The position numbers and the translations under genes were made by a program. A model generated the notes under the pieces. That model searched no databases. It saw only the letters and a program-made list of their open reading frames with translations, and was not told the DNA's origin. Below are positions 25,320 through 39,699 of a DNA stretch of 64,000 nt, piece after piece; the first letter of the stretch is position 1, and the number at the start of each line of letters is the position of its first letter. This stretch comes from Octopus vulgaris (Eukaryota): NCBI GenBank assembly GCA_951406725.2, contig OX597824.1, positions 50,840,001 through 50,904,000 on the forward strand, given 5' to 3'.

Positions 25320-27320
25320 TATATTTCAAGATTTCATGCCAATAGAGATAGAGTCGGTTTCTAACTAAGATCCAAGACTCCTTCATTGGAATTTTAACTT
25401 CAGTAGGGAATGTATGTATGTATGTATGTATGTATGTATGTATGTATGTATGTATGTATGTATGCATGCATGTATGTATGTATGTATGTATGTATGTATG
25501 TATGTATGTATGTATGTATGTATGTCTCTTCTATTTTTTAATTATTATAAGTCTTCCACTGAGGAGGGAGCTGGTTTCCAACAAAGATACAAGGCTCATC
25601 TTTGGGATGTAGTTAACACAGACAAATTCACATTACTGCTCCACTCACAGATTGAACTTGTAATGTACGAATTAGCCGGTCAATCTCTCTTTCTGAAAAT
25701 CCCAGTTTATCCAAATTCTCCTTTAAGCATTTACTAACAAAATCTAGTGCTCCAATCATTATTGGTATGAATATGAATTCATTGTCTGGATATATAAGCT
25801 GGAGGTTTCGAAGCAGTTGTCCATAGATATCCTCTTTTGATTTGATCAGCTGACCCCTATGGCGGTACATACCTTTGCTCCTCTGTCCGAAATAACTTAT
25901 CCGACCTGTTATGTTTACATTTGACAGAGGTTTTGATGGAAATATACCACCACTATTCTTTGAGATAGCGCTTATGAATGTATTCCATAACAGAGGGGTT
26001 GTCTAAGTTTATTTCAGGACAGTATTTTTTGCTGATGGCATTGTAATTTGCTTTAGTAACAACACCGTGCCGCATAGGGTGGTAGTACCGTGATGACATT
26101 TTAGGACAGCTGCTAATCACATGTGTGAGGTCTTCCACAGAAACATGACATAGCCTACACAAGCGGTTTCCCTGTATCTCTTGTTCACCAGATTCTTTGT
26201 GGCAATCTCCTGTTCCTGGATGGCAAACGCATGGCCTTCAAAGAGTGATGTGATGTAGTGGTCTTGTGTCCGAGAAAGGTTGCATTTTGTGTCAGTTTTA
26301 CTGTTTTCTTCAAGCTTCCGGGTAACATACCCATGCATAGTCGTTTTTTGTTTTTTTTTGTATGCTGAGTACTTTCCTTCCAGGTCTTCTCTGAGGTCAG
26401 AGAGCCCAGCTGTTTTGGGGCTGTATAGGAGATCATCAGGAAGAGTGCTTCTTGAAGACCTCACTGCCATCTCATACAATGTTGCTCACTTCACTTTTCA
26501 ACACTTCATTTATATATTTATTTTTGCTGCTGTTGTTCATCAGATGCTGTCTGAGTGATACCATACGGCATGCGAAGGCCGTCTGCACTGATCTCAGGTC
26601 TCTACCAACTTCATTTCTTCTTAGGTAGAGCCTGTCAACATTACTATTTCTGTGGAAGTTTCCAGTTGTTGTCAGGATTTTGCGCATTTTGATATATATG
26701 GAGTGGGTTTCCTCTACAGACTAATCAAGTGTCCCAAATGTTGGGATTAGCACTGGTACTGGAAATGCATTGTGGGATATTGTTTTGTTGTAAGAGAAGA
26801 GTTCCGACTGCCATATTTTCTGGTGTAATATTCTCGGGTCACTCTATCTTTATTCACAGTGCCTTCATATGATACGTTTTCATCTATGTCTAGGTTTGGG
26901 GTTTGGGGGACTGACTTGCTTCGTTCTATAACCAAACATTTCTTTTGGCCAAATTCTATGCCTATATCAGCTGAAAATGTTATTAATTCCAGTTATTTTT
27001 TTGGCATTGTTAACACTTTTTGTATAAATCTTGAGGTCGTCTACAAACAAATTATGAGTTACATTGATATTTCTAGCAGTTGAAGATCGTAGCATTTAAC
27101 CATTTGTTTTCTGCTGTACAAACGATAATGATTCAGTGCCAAAATGAAAAGAAGTACAGAAAGACAATCTCACTGGAATATTCCTTTTGAAATGCTTATA
27201 GTACCTGAAACAATTATTCTGTTCTCAGTTGGAAGGGTGAGAATTGTTGTCTATGTCTTTGTGAGCCTCTCTATAGCAATTAGGGTGGCAGGTACTTTTG
27301 CCAGATGTAGGCACTTCAAC
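25320..27320 (-). mobile_element. Degraded R4/Dong-clade LINE (RT part, zinc knuckle, RLE, 3' UTR) plus a second solo 3' UTR, embedded in (CATA)n
   Basis: GIFQ.DCLSVLLF (RT, 27150-27190); MRKILT..GNFH.NSNVDRLYLRR..GR; MHGY; AIQEQEIATK; CRLCHVSVEDLTHVISSCPKM; KEDIYGQLLRNLQ..FIPIMIGAL. Confidence 0.9.
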
Positions 27321-27393
27321 GTATGTATGTATGTATGTATGTATGTATGTATGTATGTATGTATGTATGTATGTATGTATGTATGTATGTATG

Positions 27394-27425
<32 letters not shown>

Positions 27426-28376
27426 TGTATGTATGTATGTATGTTCGAAGATTTGGAAGTATGTCAAATGAAAAAGTAGAGGGTACTAAATCACACCTGA
27501 GGAAGTTCGAAGTTCGGCTTCATTTGGCCAGAACGGAAACAATAACGGCAACAAGTACAACAATGCCAAGAATAAGAACCAAAGCAACAACACAATTAAC
27601 TCGAGCAAACAAGATGGTTTATATGGGGACTGCTATTTAGACTGCTAGTAATAGCAGCCAAGTAAGCCCCCAAATTACGTTCTATAGTTTCGAAAAGAAA
27701 GAAGGCAAAATATATGCAATGCTCTCTGTCACCATCCTAGCCACAATTACTACCACCATCACCGCTTGCAAAAGATTAAAGCAAGATGGGTTGGTCACGG
27801 TTAGAAAGCCTATTACCATAGGTAAACAATAACGAAAAACAACATCAATTATAGAAGGAGCAGCAACAGCAAGAACGACAACTCATTTTGAGCAATGACC
27901 GGATGTACATTCGTCAAAGTACATGTTCTGCGTGTACTTTCTCTCTTCAGCATCTATTACAGCAGCTTTACGATGAGAGGAGAGTAGGGATGGACGTTGA
28001 GGAGAGAATGGTTTGGGGAGTGTGAGGCGTTGCTGCTAATACAAGAGACCAGTTCAGGAGGAGCGAGGGAAAGGCAGACATGACATAAATCAGAAAGAAA
28101 CTGAGAAGACAAAAGAGAGAGAAAGAGAGACAGAGAGAGTGAGAGAGAAAGAGATGGACATTACTTGTACGTGTCAGTTTGGGTAAATATTTGTATACAA
28201 ACGTTTGTGTAGTGCATATATACATATGGGATGGCTTGTCTCTCAATACGTACATATATAAAAGGATACAAGCGTAGACATACGTCGCGTATACGCATGA
28301 ATGCTTCTTCTCTCTCTACTCACTCTTCCATTACCTGTCTATATAATAATATATATTACATATATTTGAATGTATT

Positions 28377-28425
<49 letters not shown>

Positions 28426-28539
28426 TTGTCTATTTATCTATCCATTTATCCATATATATATTTATGCATTATGTATGCATATATATATATATATATATAA
28501 GTATGTATACGGCTATGTGTGGGTTTGTGTACATATACG

Positions 28540-28584
<45 letters not shown>

Positions 28585-28957
28585 GTATGTGGGGTGGAGT
28601 ATTATATGTATATCAACAGATGCTCCGCTCCGTGAACCAAATGTGTGTATATTTGTACACCAGTATAGTGTGCATGTATGCATGTATACATGTACGTCTG
28701 TACGTGTCTGTATGTCGTGAGTGTTTATTATACGCATTGTGTGTATACATTTCATAGATCAACGTGCTAATGTGGCCAAGTGTAACATGGCAAACCGTAC
28801 ACAAACAAGCAAGAGAAAAAGGGGGTCAAAGGGAGTGAAATTGGGACCAGAGAGGGCAGTGGAGGTAGGAAGAATGAAGGCAAGAAAGGAAAGAGATAGT
28901 CACAAAGACAATGACTGACATAGAGATAGGTAGATAGATACTACTGAGAGGAAGATC

Positions 28958-29004
<47 letters not shown>

Positions 29005-29116
29005 GTATTTATACACACGTACTTATGTGTGTATGTGTGTCTTAAAGCCTACATGTGCATAAATGTGTATGCATCCATCCATCCGCATATACTTATATGT
29101 ATAAATGTGCGTATGC

Positions 29117-29177
<61 letters not shown>

Positions 29178-29229
29178 GTATGTATACATATTTGTATATA
29201 CATACATATATACATGCATATATATATTC

Positions 29230-29260
<31 letters not shown>

Positions 29261-29454
29261 GGTGCGTGTGTGTGTACCTATATGTAGGTGTGCATATATA
29301 TGTGTATATATATAGTATATATATATATATGACGGGCATATATGTGCGTGTGTGTATATGAAAGCATGTATGCATGCATGTAGGTATCTACGTATCTATG
29401 TAAACACACGCATACAGACTCACGCAGACTGAGATAAAGAAATAGATAGATAGC

Positions 29455-29553
<99 letters not shown>

Positions 29554-29740
29554 TAAAATGTTCGGAAAAGTGGAAGCCGGTTATAGATTATACTACCCGC
29601 CCTGCAAACAAATGAATGAAATATATACAGGGAGAAGATGGAGAAATGGACACGAGGGGGCAATAGTAAAAAGAATAATGTAATCAGAAAAAAAGAGATA
29701 AAACGAGAAAGAGAAAGAGAGAGAAAGAAAGAGAGAGATA

Positions 29741-29784
<44 letters not shown>

Positions 29785-30067
29785 AGTAAGAGTGACTGAC
29801 GTGACTAACGTAGAGGAGAGCGAATCATGTTTGTTTGGTTTAATGTTAATGGGCGTTGATCATAAGGTGATTGCAATCTGGTGCCTGGTGTTACTACAAT
29901 TTTACTTTAGTCGTTCAGCCGTAGAGAAATAGACGCTTCATCACTCTTAGCTTAGTTTATTTATCACGTAGAAGACTCCTCCACACCCACTTCTCTCTCT
30001 GTCGCTCTTTACTAATTTCAATACCCCACTCTCTCTTTTTCGGTGTTTCTATCTATCTATCTATCTT

Positions 30068-30105
<38 letters not shown>

Positions 30106-30106
30106 G

Positions 30107-30166
<60 letters not shown>

Positions 30167-30183
30167 GCCTTTCTATGTCTGCT

Positions 30184-30264
<81 letters not shown>

Positions 30265-30276
30265 GTCTGTCTGTCA

Positions 30277-30347
<71 letters not shown>

Positions 30348-30387
30348 ATCTATCTATCTATCATCTATCTATCTATCTGTCTGTCTT

Positions 30388-30472
<85 letters not shown>

Positions 30473-30685
30473 ATGCCTGTATGTCTTCCTGTCTGTATGT
30501 CGGCGGTGAGCAGAATAATTCTTGCGGCTCTTTGAAACTCTTTCAGTTCAACTTTATCTTCCATCCCTTTCGAGGTCGATAAAATAAAATATCTGTCAAT
30601 TCCTGTGATCGGCAGTATTGGCTTGCCCCTTCCCTCTGGAAGGGATGCTCCAGTGCCAAAAATCTGAAGCAATTATTATTATCAT

Positions 30686-32365
30686 CAGGCACAAGACTGG
30701 CTATGTGGTAAGAAATATACTTCCCAACCACATGGTTCCAGATTCAGTCCTACTGCGTGGCAACTTGGGCAAGTGTCTTCTACTTAAACCTCGGTCTAAC
30801 CAAAGCTTTGTGTGTGGATTTGGTAGACGAAACTGAAAGAAGACCACCTTGTACATATGTATGTGTGTGTTCGCGCGCGCGCATGTTTATGGCTATCCCC
30901 CACCACTGCTTTACAACCGTCGTTGGTGCTTTTACGTCCCCTGCAATCTAGCGGTTCGACAAAAGGGACCAATATTATATTGGGTTGTGAAGGAAGTAAT
31001 TTCGTTTTTCGCAAATAGATTTACGATTTTTTTAATGACTTTTGTCAATGTTATGTTTTTTTTTTTCATTTTGACATTTGATAGCTGTTTTGACATTTGA
31101 TAGCTGTTACTTTTAGCTTACTTTAGAAGCAAATTGTGCGTAATTTTGTTTACAGCTGTTAGTTCAGTGTCAATTGTAACATGGAGTGCAAAAACAAACA
31201 TTTTCGACATATTTTACTTATTTTATTTTCGTAAAGTCAAGAAAGCTGCTGAGGCTCACAAAAAGATATGTGAAGTTTATGGTGTTTAAGAGAACGCACA
31301 TATCAGAAATGGTTTTAAAAATTCCGTTCTGGATATTTTTCACTGAAGATGACCAATGTTCTGGTCGACCTACTGAAGATGATGATGACTAAATCAAAGG
31401 CATATCTGAATATGATAGTCATATAACTGTGCGATACATTGCAGAGATATTAAATGTATCACACACAACAATCGAAAATCACTTAAAATGTCTTGGACTA
31501 GTTAAGAAGCTCGATATTTGGGTTCCACATAAATTGAAAGAGATTCACTTAACACACCGAATTATTATTTGCGATATGCATCTCAAACGCAATGAAATCG
31601 ACCTTTCTTTTTAAAGAATCATCACTGATGATGAAAAATGGATTGTCTACAATAACATCAATCGAAAACGATCATGGTCCAAGCGTAAACCACATCGAAA
31701 GCTGAATTGCATAAAAAAGGTCATGCTGTCAATTTGCTGGGATTACAAAGGTGTTGCGTATTTTGAGCTGCTTCCAAGGAACCAAACGATCAATTCAGAT
31801 GTTTACTGTCAATAGCTAATGAAACTGGAGGCAGCAATTAAAGAAAATCGGACTGAATTGGCAAATCGTAAAGGAATCGCATTCCACCATGACATCGGTA
31901 GCCACACACGTGAAAAATTATTGGAGCTTGGTTGGGCAGTAATGTCACAACCACCATATAGCCCTGATCTTGCACCATCAGATGACCATTTATTTCGAAG
32001 TTTGCAAAATTCTTTGGATGGTAAAACTTTCGAGAATGATGATGACCTGAAATCGCACTTGCTTCAGTTTTTGGCTGATAAGGACCAGAAGTTCTATGAG
32101 CGCCGAATCATGAAATTGTCAGAAAGATGGCAAAAGGTCATCAAACAAAATGGAAAATATATAGTTGATTAAAGTTCATTCTTTGTATGAAAAAAAATTA
32201 CTTTTATTTCACACTAAAAAACCGAAATTACTTTCCTGCCAATCAGGCTTAAAAGGTAAAAAAAAAAAAAAGCACCGGGGTCGATGAATTCGGCAAAAAT
32301 TATTCAAGGCGGTGCCACAGAATCACTGCAGGCTAATGAGTGAAATAAGTAAAAGGTAAAAGATT
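30686..32365 (+). mobile_element. SINE family A split by a mariner insertion (5' part 30686-30975, 3' part 32245-32365)
   Basis: SINE body resumes at AGGCTTAAAAGG...GGGGTCGAT...AAGGCGGTGCC after the mariner right end. Confidence 0.75.
30978..32243 (+). mobile_element. mariner DNA transposon (DD34D), inactive
   Basis: Imperfect TIRs TATTGGGTTGTGAAGGAAGTAATTTCG / CGAAATTACTTTCCTGCCAAT. Transposase remnant 31181-32172 with WVPHKL, IITDDEKW and PPYSPDLAPSD; frameshifts and stops. Confidence 0.93.
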
Positions 32366-32460
32366 GACAACAGCAGCAGTGACAGTTGCAGTAGTCGTAA
32401 TATACTTATCGTGTGTCTAGCCGTTGAAGTCGCCCCCCTGTGTATGATTGATATCTTTAT

Positions 32461-33725
32461 TACGAGGGACGTTCAATAAGTAATGTCTCTGACCCACTTG
32501 CAGTTGTTTGACCTAGCTGAAATTTTGCATGTACAATCATTTATATCTCTATAGAATTTATATCTCTACAGCTCTGAATTAATTGTGGTTTCTGATTTAC
32601 AGGTGTTTGAACCGAGTCAAGTGTGAAATGGAGCCTGTTGAGTGTCGAGCAGTGATCCAGTTTTTGTATTTGAAAGGACGCACACCACGGGGGACTTTTG
32701 ATGAAATGAAAGTAACTTATGCTGATGATGCCCCATCATATGACCTTGTAAAACGCTGGCATCGTGAATTCAAACATGGTCGGAACTCTGTGGAAACAGC
32801 TCCCAGATCTGGTCGCCCCTTCTGCCATTGATGAGGCATCTGTCCGTCAAGTTGAGGCTGCCATTTTGGAAGATCGACGCATAATTATTAGTACCGGGTC
32901 TGTGGAAACTATCATTCATGACCATTTGCATATGCAAAAGGTGTCTGCCAGATGGATTCCCAGGTTGCTCACGCCTTTCCAGAAGCAAGAACGCGTCTAG
33001 TGCTCGAGGGTGAATTTGGAGATGTGCCAAGAAGATGAGTCAAAATTTTTCAAAAGATTGATTACACAGGATGAAACCTGGGTCCATCACGATGATCCAG
33101 AGACCAAAACCCAGTCAATGCAGTGGAAGCACCGTGACTCACCCCCTCCAAAGAAGGCAAGGGTGCAGCCCTCCGCTGGCAAGGTCATGCTCACAGTCTT
33201 CTGGGACCAGGACGGAGTAGTGATGACAGATTTCCTGGCAAAGGGTACCACAATTGCAGGAGCCTATTATGCTTCACTTTTGAGGAAATTAAGAGAAGTT
33301 ATCAAAATCAAGAGGCGGGGCAAGATCAGCAAAGGCATCCTCCTCCTGCAGGACAACGCTCCGGTCCACAACTCGCTTGTCGCCAGATGAGAAGCACAGG
33401 CGTATGGCTATGAACTCCTCCCCCATCCCCCTACTTTCCTGACCTTGCACCCTCTGATTTTCACCTCTTCCCAGTCATGAAGTTGTTTTTGAAAGGAAAG
33501 CGTTTCCCAGATGATGCAGCCTTGATTTCTGAAGTCACGTTGAGGTTGGAGGACCAAGCTGGGTTCTTCTACAAAAACGGTCTCCAGAGCTGCATCAAGC
33601 AATGGGAGAAATGCGTAACTCTGGGTGGTTCCTATGTAGAAAAAGACTAATAACTGTGCCAAGTTTCGTTGCTCTACTGCTATGGGAAGTGGGTCAGGAG
33701 CATTACTTATTGAACGCCCCTCGTA
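32461..33725 (+). mobile_element. mariner DNA transposon, irritans-subfamily-like, full length but inactivated
   Basis: About 39-bp TIRs TACGAGGGRCGTTCAATAAGTAATG..GACCCACTT with TA ends. Transposase 32628-33650: KVSARWIPRLLT, ITQDETWVH, LLQDNAPVH, PDLAPSDF; frameshifts and stops. Confidence 0.95.
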
Positions 33726-34000
33726 TTATCTTTATTATTTGTTCCTTTAATATTTTTATTATTTGCAGCTCCATTTTGTTCTTTACTAATTCTTTTTAAA
33801 GAATTTGCATCATATTTAGTGAACGATAGCATTGTTAGGTTACGATTTGCTCGCCATATTATGTAAAAGAAAAAGAACATTATAAGCTGTTCCTGACTCT
33901 CTTCTAAATACTTCCCTCCTCTCTCTCTCCTCCTTTGTCCCCCGTATTTTCTCCGTACACACACACACACACACGCACACACACATACACACACACACAC

Positions 34001-34070
<70 letters not shown>

Positions 34071-35182
34071 GCACGAACGTACCAGTAGATCAAGCGCATG
34101 TCATCCGACTTTACCAATGTTTAGTTATTTCAACAGTATAGCTCGAGGTTATTGGAAATTTTGGCGGTTGTTCTTCCTTAATTCTACAATCTATGATATT
34201 GTCAAATTATATTCCAAAATCATCTTACATATTTCAACTCGTCGGAATTTACTCTCTTTGAGGTTGAAAAGAGTCCAAAACTTCACCACAAAATCCACAA
34301 TGAATTTAGTAACAGCCTTACAAGAATCAATAATATATTTCTTGTTTTATGTATTGAATAAACCATTTGGTACTCTATTATAATTGTTTATGATTTAGCA
34401 CGAACCCAACAGTTTTGAAGGGATTGGGTTTTTCGATACCTTCAAGCCCAGTTTTTGACTAGTACTTTATTTTATCGACACCAAATGGACGAAAGCCAAA
34501 ATTAACCTCAGCCGGATTTGAACTCAGAATGTAAAGAGCTGGAAGAAATTCTGCACACCGATGCGAACGAGGTGTTGCTCAGAGTGATTCATCCTCTACT
34601 CAGTGTATGACGTATCAAAAGCTGGCTTATCTAATAACTGTTTGAGATTACTCGGAGCTATCAGTATATCACGGACATATGCGAAATGAACTTCAATCTA
34701 GACGTTTCTATTTTCGAGAAAAAGGTTCGATATGAAGTAAAAAAAAACAAAAAAAAAAAACAAACTCCTTTACAGTTACTTTTCATCTTTCCTAGACACT
34801 TAAGTTGGAAAATTGTTTCAGTGCAAATCTTGATTAGCTAGTCTTAATCCTGGCGTTAATTTTATTAAACTGGCTACTGCTAGCTGAATTGTTACGTCAA
34901 CCGATTATCTTCTTCGTGACCATATCTCAGCAAAACCATCATTGGTAACTATATGAACATAAGCCCAATTAGTCATAAGTCTTTAAAAAATTACATTACT
35001 CTTCAAACGATTATATAAGCTGGATTTGAAATTCTGAGAGTGAATTGAAAAAGAGGAATACCAAATCGTTATTTAAAAAGCTTGCTGTTATATCTCTCCG
35101 TTGTCTTCCAGTCAATAGGTGGGGATTTCAATATCGTCAGTATAGGGCTAGCAGAGAGAACTGCAAAGTGGAGAAAAGGTTG

Positions 35183-35337
35183 TACAGTAATCCCTCGCCA
35201 TATCGCGGCTCACCTATCGCGGTTTATTATCTAATCTTACGTCGATTCCTCCGCAGTACTGTTTCTACTTCGCAGATTTTCATCTATCGTGGGGGATTTT
35301 GGAACGTAACACTCGCTATAGTCGAGGGATTGCTGTA
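35183..35337. mobile_element. Tigger/pogo-like MITE
   Basis: TA-CAGTAATCCCTCG ... CGAGGGATTGCTG-TA TIRs with TA duplication and internal TATCGCGG repeats. Confidence 0.75.
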
Positions 35338-35579
35338 CTTCCCTCAATTTTTATTAAGATATATTGATAACACAGGAGAAATGGTCGGTTAATAATCGTG
35401 TGTTTCTGGGCGAGAACCAGATAATCTAGCACAAATAATTACAACCTTTATGAAATATAATAGTTATGTATGAATGTCGTATCTTATTGGTCATTCTTGT
35501 GAAGTGCTTTTATTCTTTATTTTCTTAATTTTACCCGTTTAACAGATGATTACAACAACTGAAAAGACTTGCCAGTTTG

Positions 35580-36285
35580 CCCTGGTGGACAAAATGGAAA
35601 AGGCATTATCCCGGAAGATGGTGAGAGAGACGTGCTGGAAAAACCAGTCCGACTCACGGCACTGGCACTTGCGGATAGTCATCTCTGCTCTGATAGCAGG
35701 GGTATTGTACGGGGAGCAAGAACGCTGGGGACGGAGTGTCTACATTGCCACAGGCTCGACTACAAATCTGTCAGAGAGTGGGAGGTGCTTTGACATTTTG
35801 CTCTTCGCAGCTTGATGAGCAGCGAAGCCTGAGCTGGCAGCCGAACATACCAGATTGCCGCCGGAGGTGTCGCAGAATACGGCAGCTAAGATGAGGGGCC
35901 TAACACTGCGGAACGGGAAGATTTTTATGCAGTCTGGCTTTTACCGTCTTCTCTGTCCATCCCTGCAGTCTCGAGATGGGAGGGCAAGCCTGCAACGTCT
36001 AGACAGTGCTTTAACATATTTTTGGGTGCAGCATGGTGTGGAAGGTGGCCAGCACTATAATGGCATGACAATGGGTGGAGTCCGGAAGAGTCCATAGTGG
36101 ATCCACAGCGGTGTTTGCAAAGCTTACTGATCCGGAGGCCAAGCTTCACGGAAACACCGATGCGCAAACAGTCGTTACGCAGCTCAGTGCCAGTCGAGAG
36201 TGGTGGAACTGCATTGAGCCAGTTACCGCTGTGGACCAGGAAGGCCCAGTGGAAACATGTCAGACGGTGCTGGCCAAGACGGTTT
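35580..36285 (-). mobile_element. CRE-clade non-LTR retrotransposon 3' fragment (zinc knuckle + RLE)
   Basis: ORF 35925..36167: RIGVSVKLGL...HRCGSTMDSSGLHPLSC..SAG...H........LDVAGLPSHLE..GMDREDGK. Confidence 0.8.
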
Positions 36286-36765
36286 ACTTATAGAAATAAC
36301 AGAAAGAGGCTAGAAAGAGTGAGAGAGAAAAAGAGAAAGAAGACGATGTTATTATATGAAGAAAGTAATCTGTCAAAAATTTAAAAGCGATACTAGTAGA
36401 TAAAAAGAAAAAAGTTACTTTTAAACAGGAACAAATCTAAATATCAGGAGAAACGGCATTGGGATATTCTTCCTAAATCGCTAGCGGCATTTGAATCTTA
36501 TAACTCAAATAATTTCTTAGGATTTTGATTTGACTTCGAAACAATTCGATCGCTAAAACTTTTCCTCAATGTGTTATATTTTGTAGTGACATATCAGTCT
36601 ATTTAATCAGATCAATTTAAGCAAATCTATGTCAACCTAATTTAGTTCAACAACTAAATTAAATTGTAAACATCTTATATATATATATATATATGATAAA
36701 TTAATAAAACATATGAATATATACATACATATATGTACATACTCACATCTATATGTATATATACA

Positions 36766-36844
<79 letters not shown>

Positions 36845-36863
36845 TGTGTGTGTGTGTGTGAGA

Positions 36864-37195
36864 AGGGCGCGTGGCTTAGTGGTTAGGCGCGGGCATTCGG
36901 CATTCGGCTCATGATCGTAAGGTTGTGAGTTCGATTCCCGGCGACGCGTCGTGTCCTTGAGCAAGACACTTTATTTCACGTTGCTCCAGTCCACTCAGCT
37001 GGCAAAAATGAGTTGTACTTGTATTTCAAAGGGTCAGCCTTGTCACTCTCTGTGTCACGCTGATTATCCCCGAGAACTACGTTAAGGGTACACGTGTCTG
37101 TGGAATGCTCAGCCATTTGCACGTTAATTTCACGAGCAAGCTGTTCCGTTGATCGTATCAGCTGGGACCCTCGTCGTCGTAACCGGCGGAGTCTT
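36864..37195 (+). mobile_element. tRNA-derived CORE-type SINE (family C)
   Basis: A box TGGCTTAGTGG, B box GAGTTCGATTCC, CORE-like GTGTCCTTGAGCAAGACACTT...CCACTCAGCTG..AAATGAG. Degraded copies near 56880-57010 and 24945-25110. Confidence 0.8.
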
Positions 37196-37237
37196 TTAAT
37201 ATATATATATATATATATGTATGTATATATATATATA

Positions 37238-37704
37238 TGAGTACAGGACACCACAAATAAACGCAGAACACAACGAAAAACGAAAACATAAAATCAAACA
37301 CGGAAACGGACTTTTTTTAACAGAGTACAGGACAAACAATACAAGGAAAATTCCCCTTCATCAGTTGCCCCTGGTTCGACTCAATGCGTGTTTCGAAGGT
37401 AAGGGCAGAACACGGCCAGACCAAAACAATCCTTCCTGCAAAAGGAATTCACTTGTTTTACCCCTCTGCAAAAGAATTTTATTTAATTCCTTTTGCAGGA
37501 AGGACTGTTTCGGTCTGGCCGTGTTCTACCCTTACCTTCGAAACACGCATTGAGTCGAACCAGGGGCAGCTGATGAAGGGGAATTTTCCTTGTATTGTTT
37601 GTCCTGTACTCTGTTTTTTCGTTGTTAAAAAAAAGTCCGTTTCCTTGCTTGATTTTATGTTTTCGTTTCTCTTTGTGTTCTACGTTTATTTGTGGTGTCC
37701 TGTA

Positions 37705-37708
<4 letters not shown>
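37238..37708. mobile_element. Fold-back element: ~215-bp inverted arms with 35-bp spacer, inserted in (TA)n
   Basis: 37238-37449 is the near-identical reverse complement of 37485-37708. Confidence 0.85.
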
Positions 37709-37744
<36 letters not shown>

Positions 37745-37859
37745 TGTATATATACATATAGATGTGAGTATGTATATATGCATATGTTTTATTTATTTAT
37801 TGTATTGTTATTATATGACCGAACGCACGCGTTGTTTCTCTTCTCCAAGTAAGTTTTTA

Positions 37860-37901
<42 letters not shown>

Positions 37902-38346
37902 AAATGACGAACAACCTCACTCACTGGATTCGAACAACAATTTCATTCCTAGTCAAGTCACTGACAAATCGACTACTCCGCACCGAGATCGTGTGTCTGG
38001 CTTTCCTAAATATAGAATAAAACGTAAAAGTGGTTAAGTTCAAGTAATGCTATCTCATCTGTTCCGTTAGTAATCTATGGACCATTTTACGGTGCTCAAA
38101 AGTCAGCAATCTACTGCAGATATATCAAAATGTTCCGTTTTGATTTGATGTAAAGACAAGAATTAGTATGAAGATTATGAACAAAAAGATGAATAAATAG
38201 CTGAAAGGTTAAATAAAAACAATAGTAAATATTATTCTTTTGTAAACATTAATTTATGATCACAAATTGACACCGAACTCACTTACAATCACGTAGCTAT
38301 TACTTCCCTGGTCACGACCGGATTACAGACTGCGCAGATACTCTAA

Positions 38347-38382
<36 letters not shown>

Positions 38383-39699
38383 CACACACAGGTATGTATG
38401 TATGCATGTATACGTATATATATATATAAATATGTACATATGCACAAATCTATGTATATGTATGTATATGTGCATGTATATATACATATATACATATATA
38501 TACACACACACACACGCACACATACACACACACACATATATATATATTTATATATATATCGACCCATTGCTGATGAAACTACGAAGTCACATTTTTTTTA
38601 TATATTTAAATAAAATATTTAGACCCTACTCCAGCATTGAATTCTTTTTTCTTTTAGTAAATGCTATCTACTGTTCTTAATGCCATTTAAAAATATACAT
38701 GCGCATAGATACACGTACACACATGTGTGTATGTATATGTGCATGCACGCACACACACATACACACACACACACATAGGAAAAGAGAGGGTGTAAATAGA
38801 TAGAAATGTAGATAGGTAGATGTCTCGATTTGTTTATACTTCCGTTACACCGCCTCTATCCGTCTATATAACGCTTTATCTGATGAACCGCACTCTCTCT
38901 CTAAAAGCTATGTAACAAACACGGCCTTGTTAATCTTCAATCAATTTATCACACCAGATTTTAGTGGATTTTTCTTTTCGTTTCTGCTTTGTTTGTTTCA
39001 TGCTAATTTCAATTTTACCGAGTCCCAAACCCTTCATTACCAACGCCACCCCTTCACCACCACCATCGCCACCACTAAAAACACACGTCAGGCCCTTCCA
39101 TTATTCGTTTGGATTACATCTTTATTGCTCTTTCTCTACCCTTTTCTCCTCCTATTCTTCCACTATATTTGTCAAACTACTGTCAACATGATATTTTGCT
39201 TTCCTTCAACACCCTTTCTTTCTCTTCTCGATTTTCATCCTCGATTTCCATCTCAATTATTGTTGCTATTGTTGTTATGATTTTTTGTTATCGTCGGTAG
39301 TGCGTCATACAAAACGCATAGCGGTATTTCTTCAGACTCATAACGTACTGAGTTCAAATTCCGCCCGGGTCAACTTTGCCTTTCTTCTTTTCAGGATCAG
39401 TAATATAAATACTAGTCATATCCTGGAATCGATTTCATCGATTAACTCCACTCGCTAAAATTGGTGGCCTTGTACCAAAATTAGAAATAATTATTATTGT
39501 TATTATTATTATTATCATTAATTTGATTTAGGTTCGGTCCTGGTAGAATTTACGTGGGTAACGGGTTACTACCTGTAACCTTTGGTATCCACAGCCTTTC
39601 AATAACCTTGTATGCGCTTCTTTATAATCTTTCCTGTCTCTAAGAAGCAAACTTTCAGTAGAAGCTCTTATTATTATAATTTATGGCTTCCTTTCATTA

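Noticed and set aside
37905-37992. tRNA-like minus-strand sequence with a GTTCGAATCC B box
   Set aside because: No convincing cloverleaf; probably a decayed tRNA-derived repeat.
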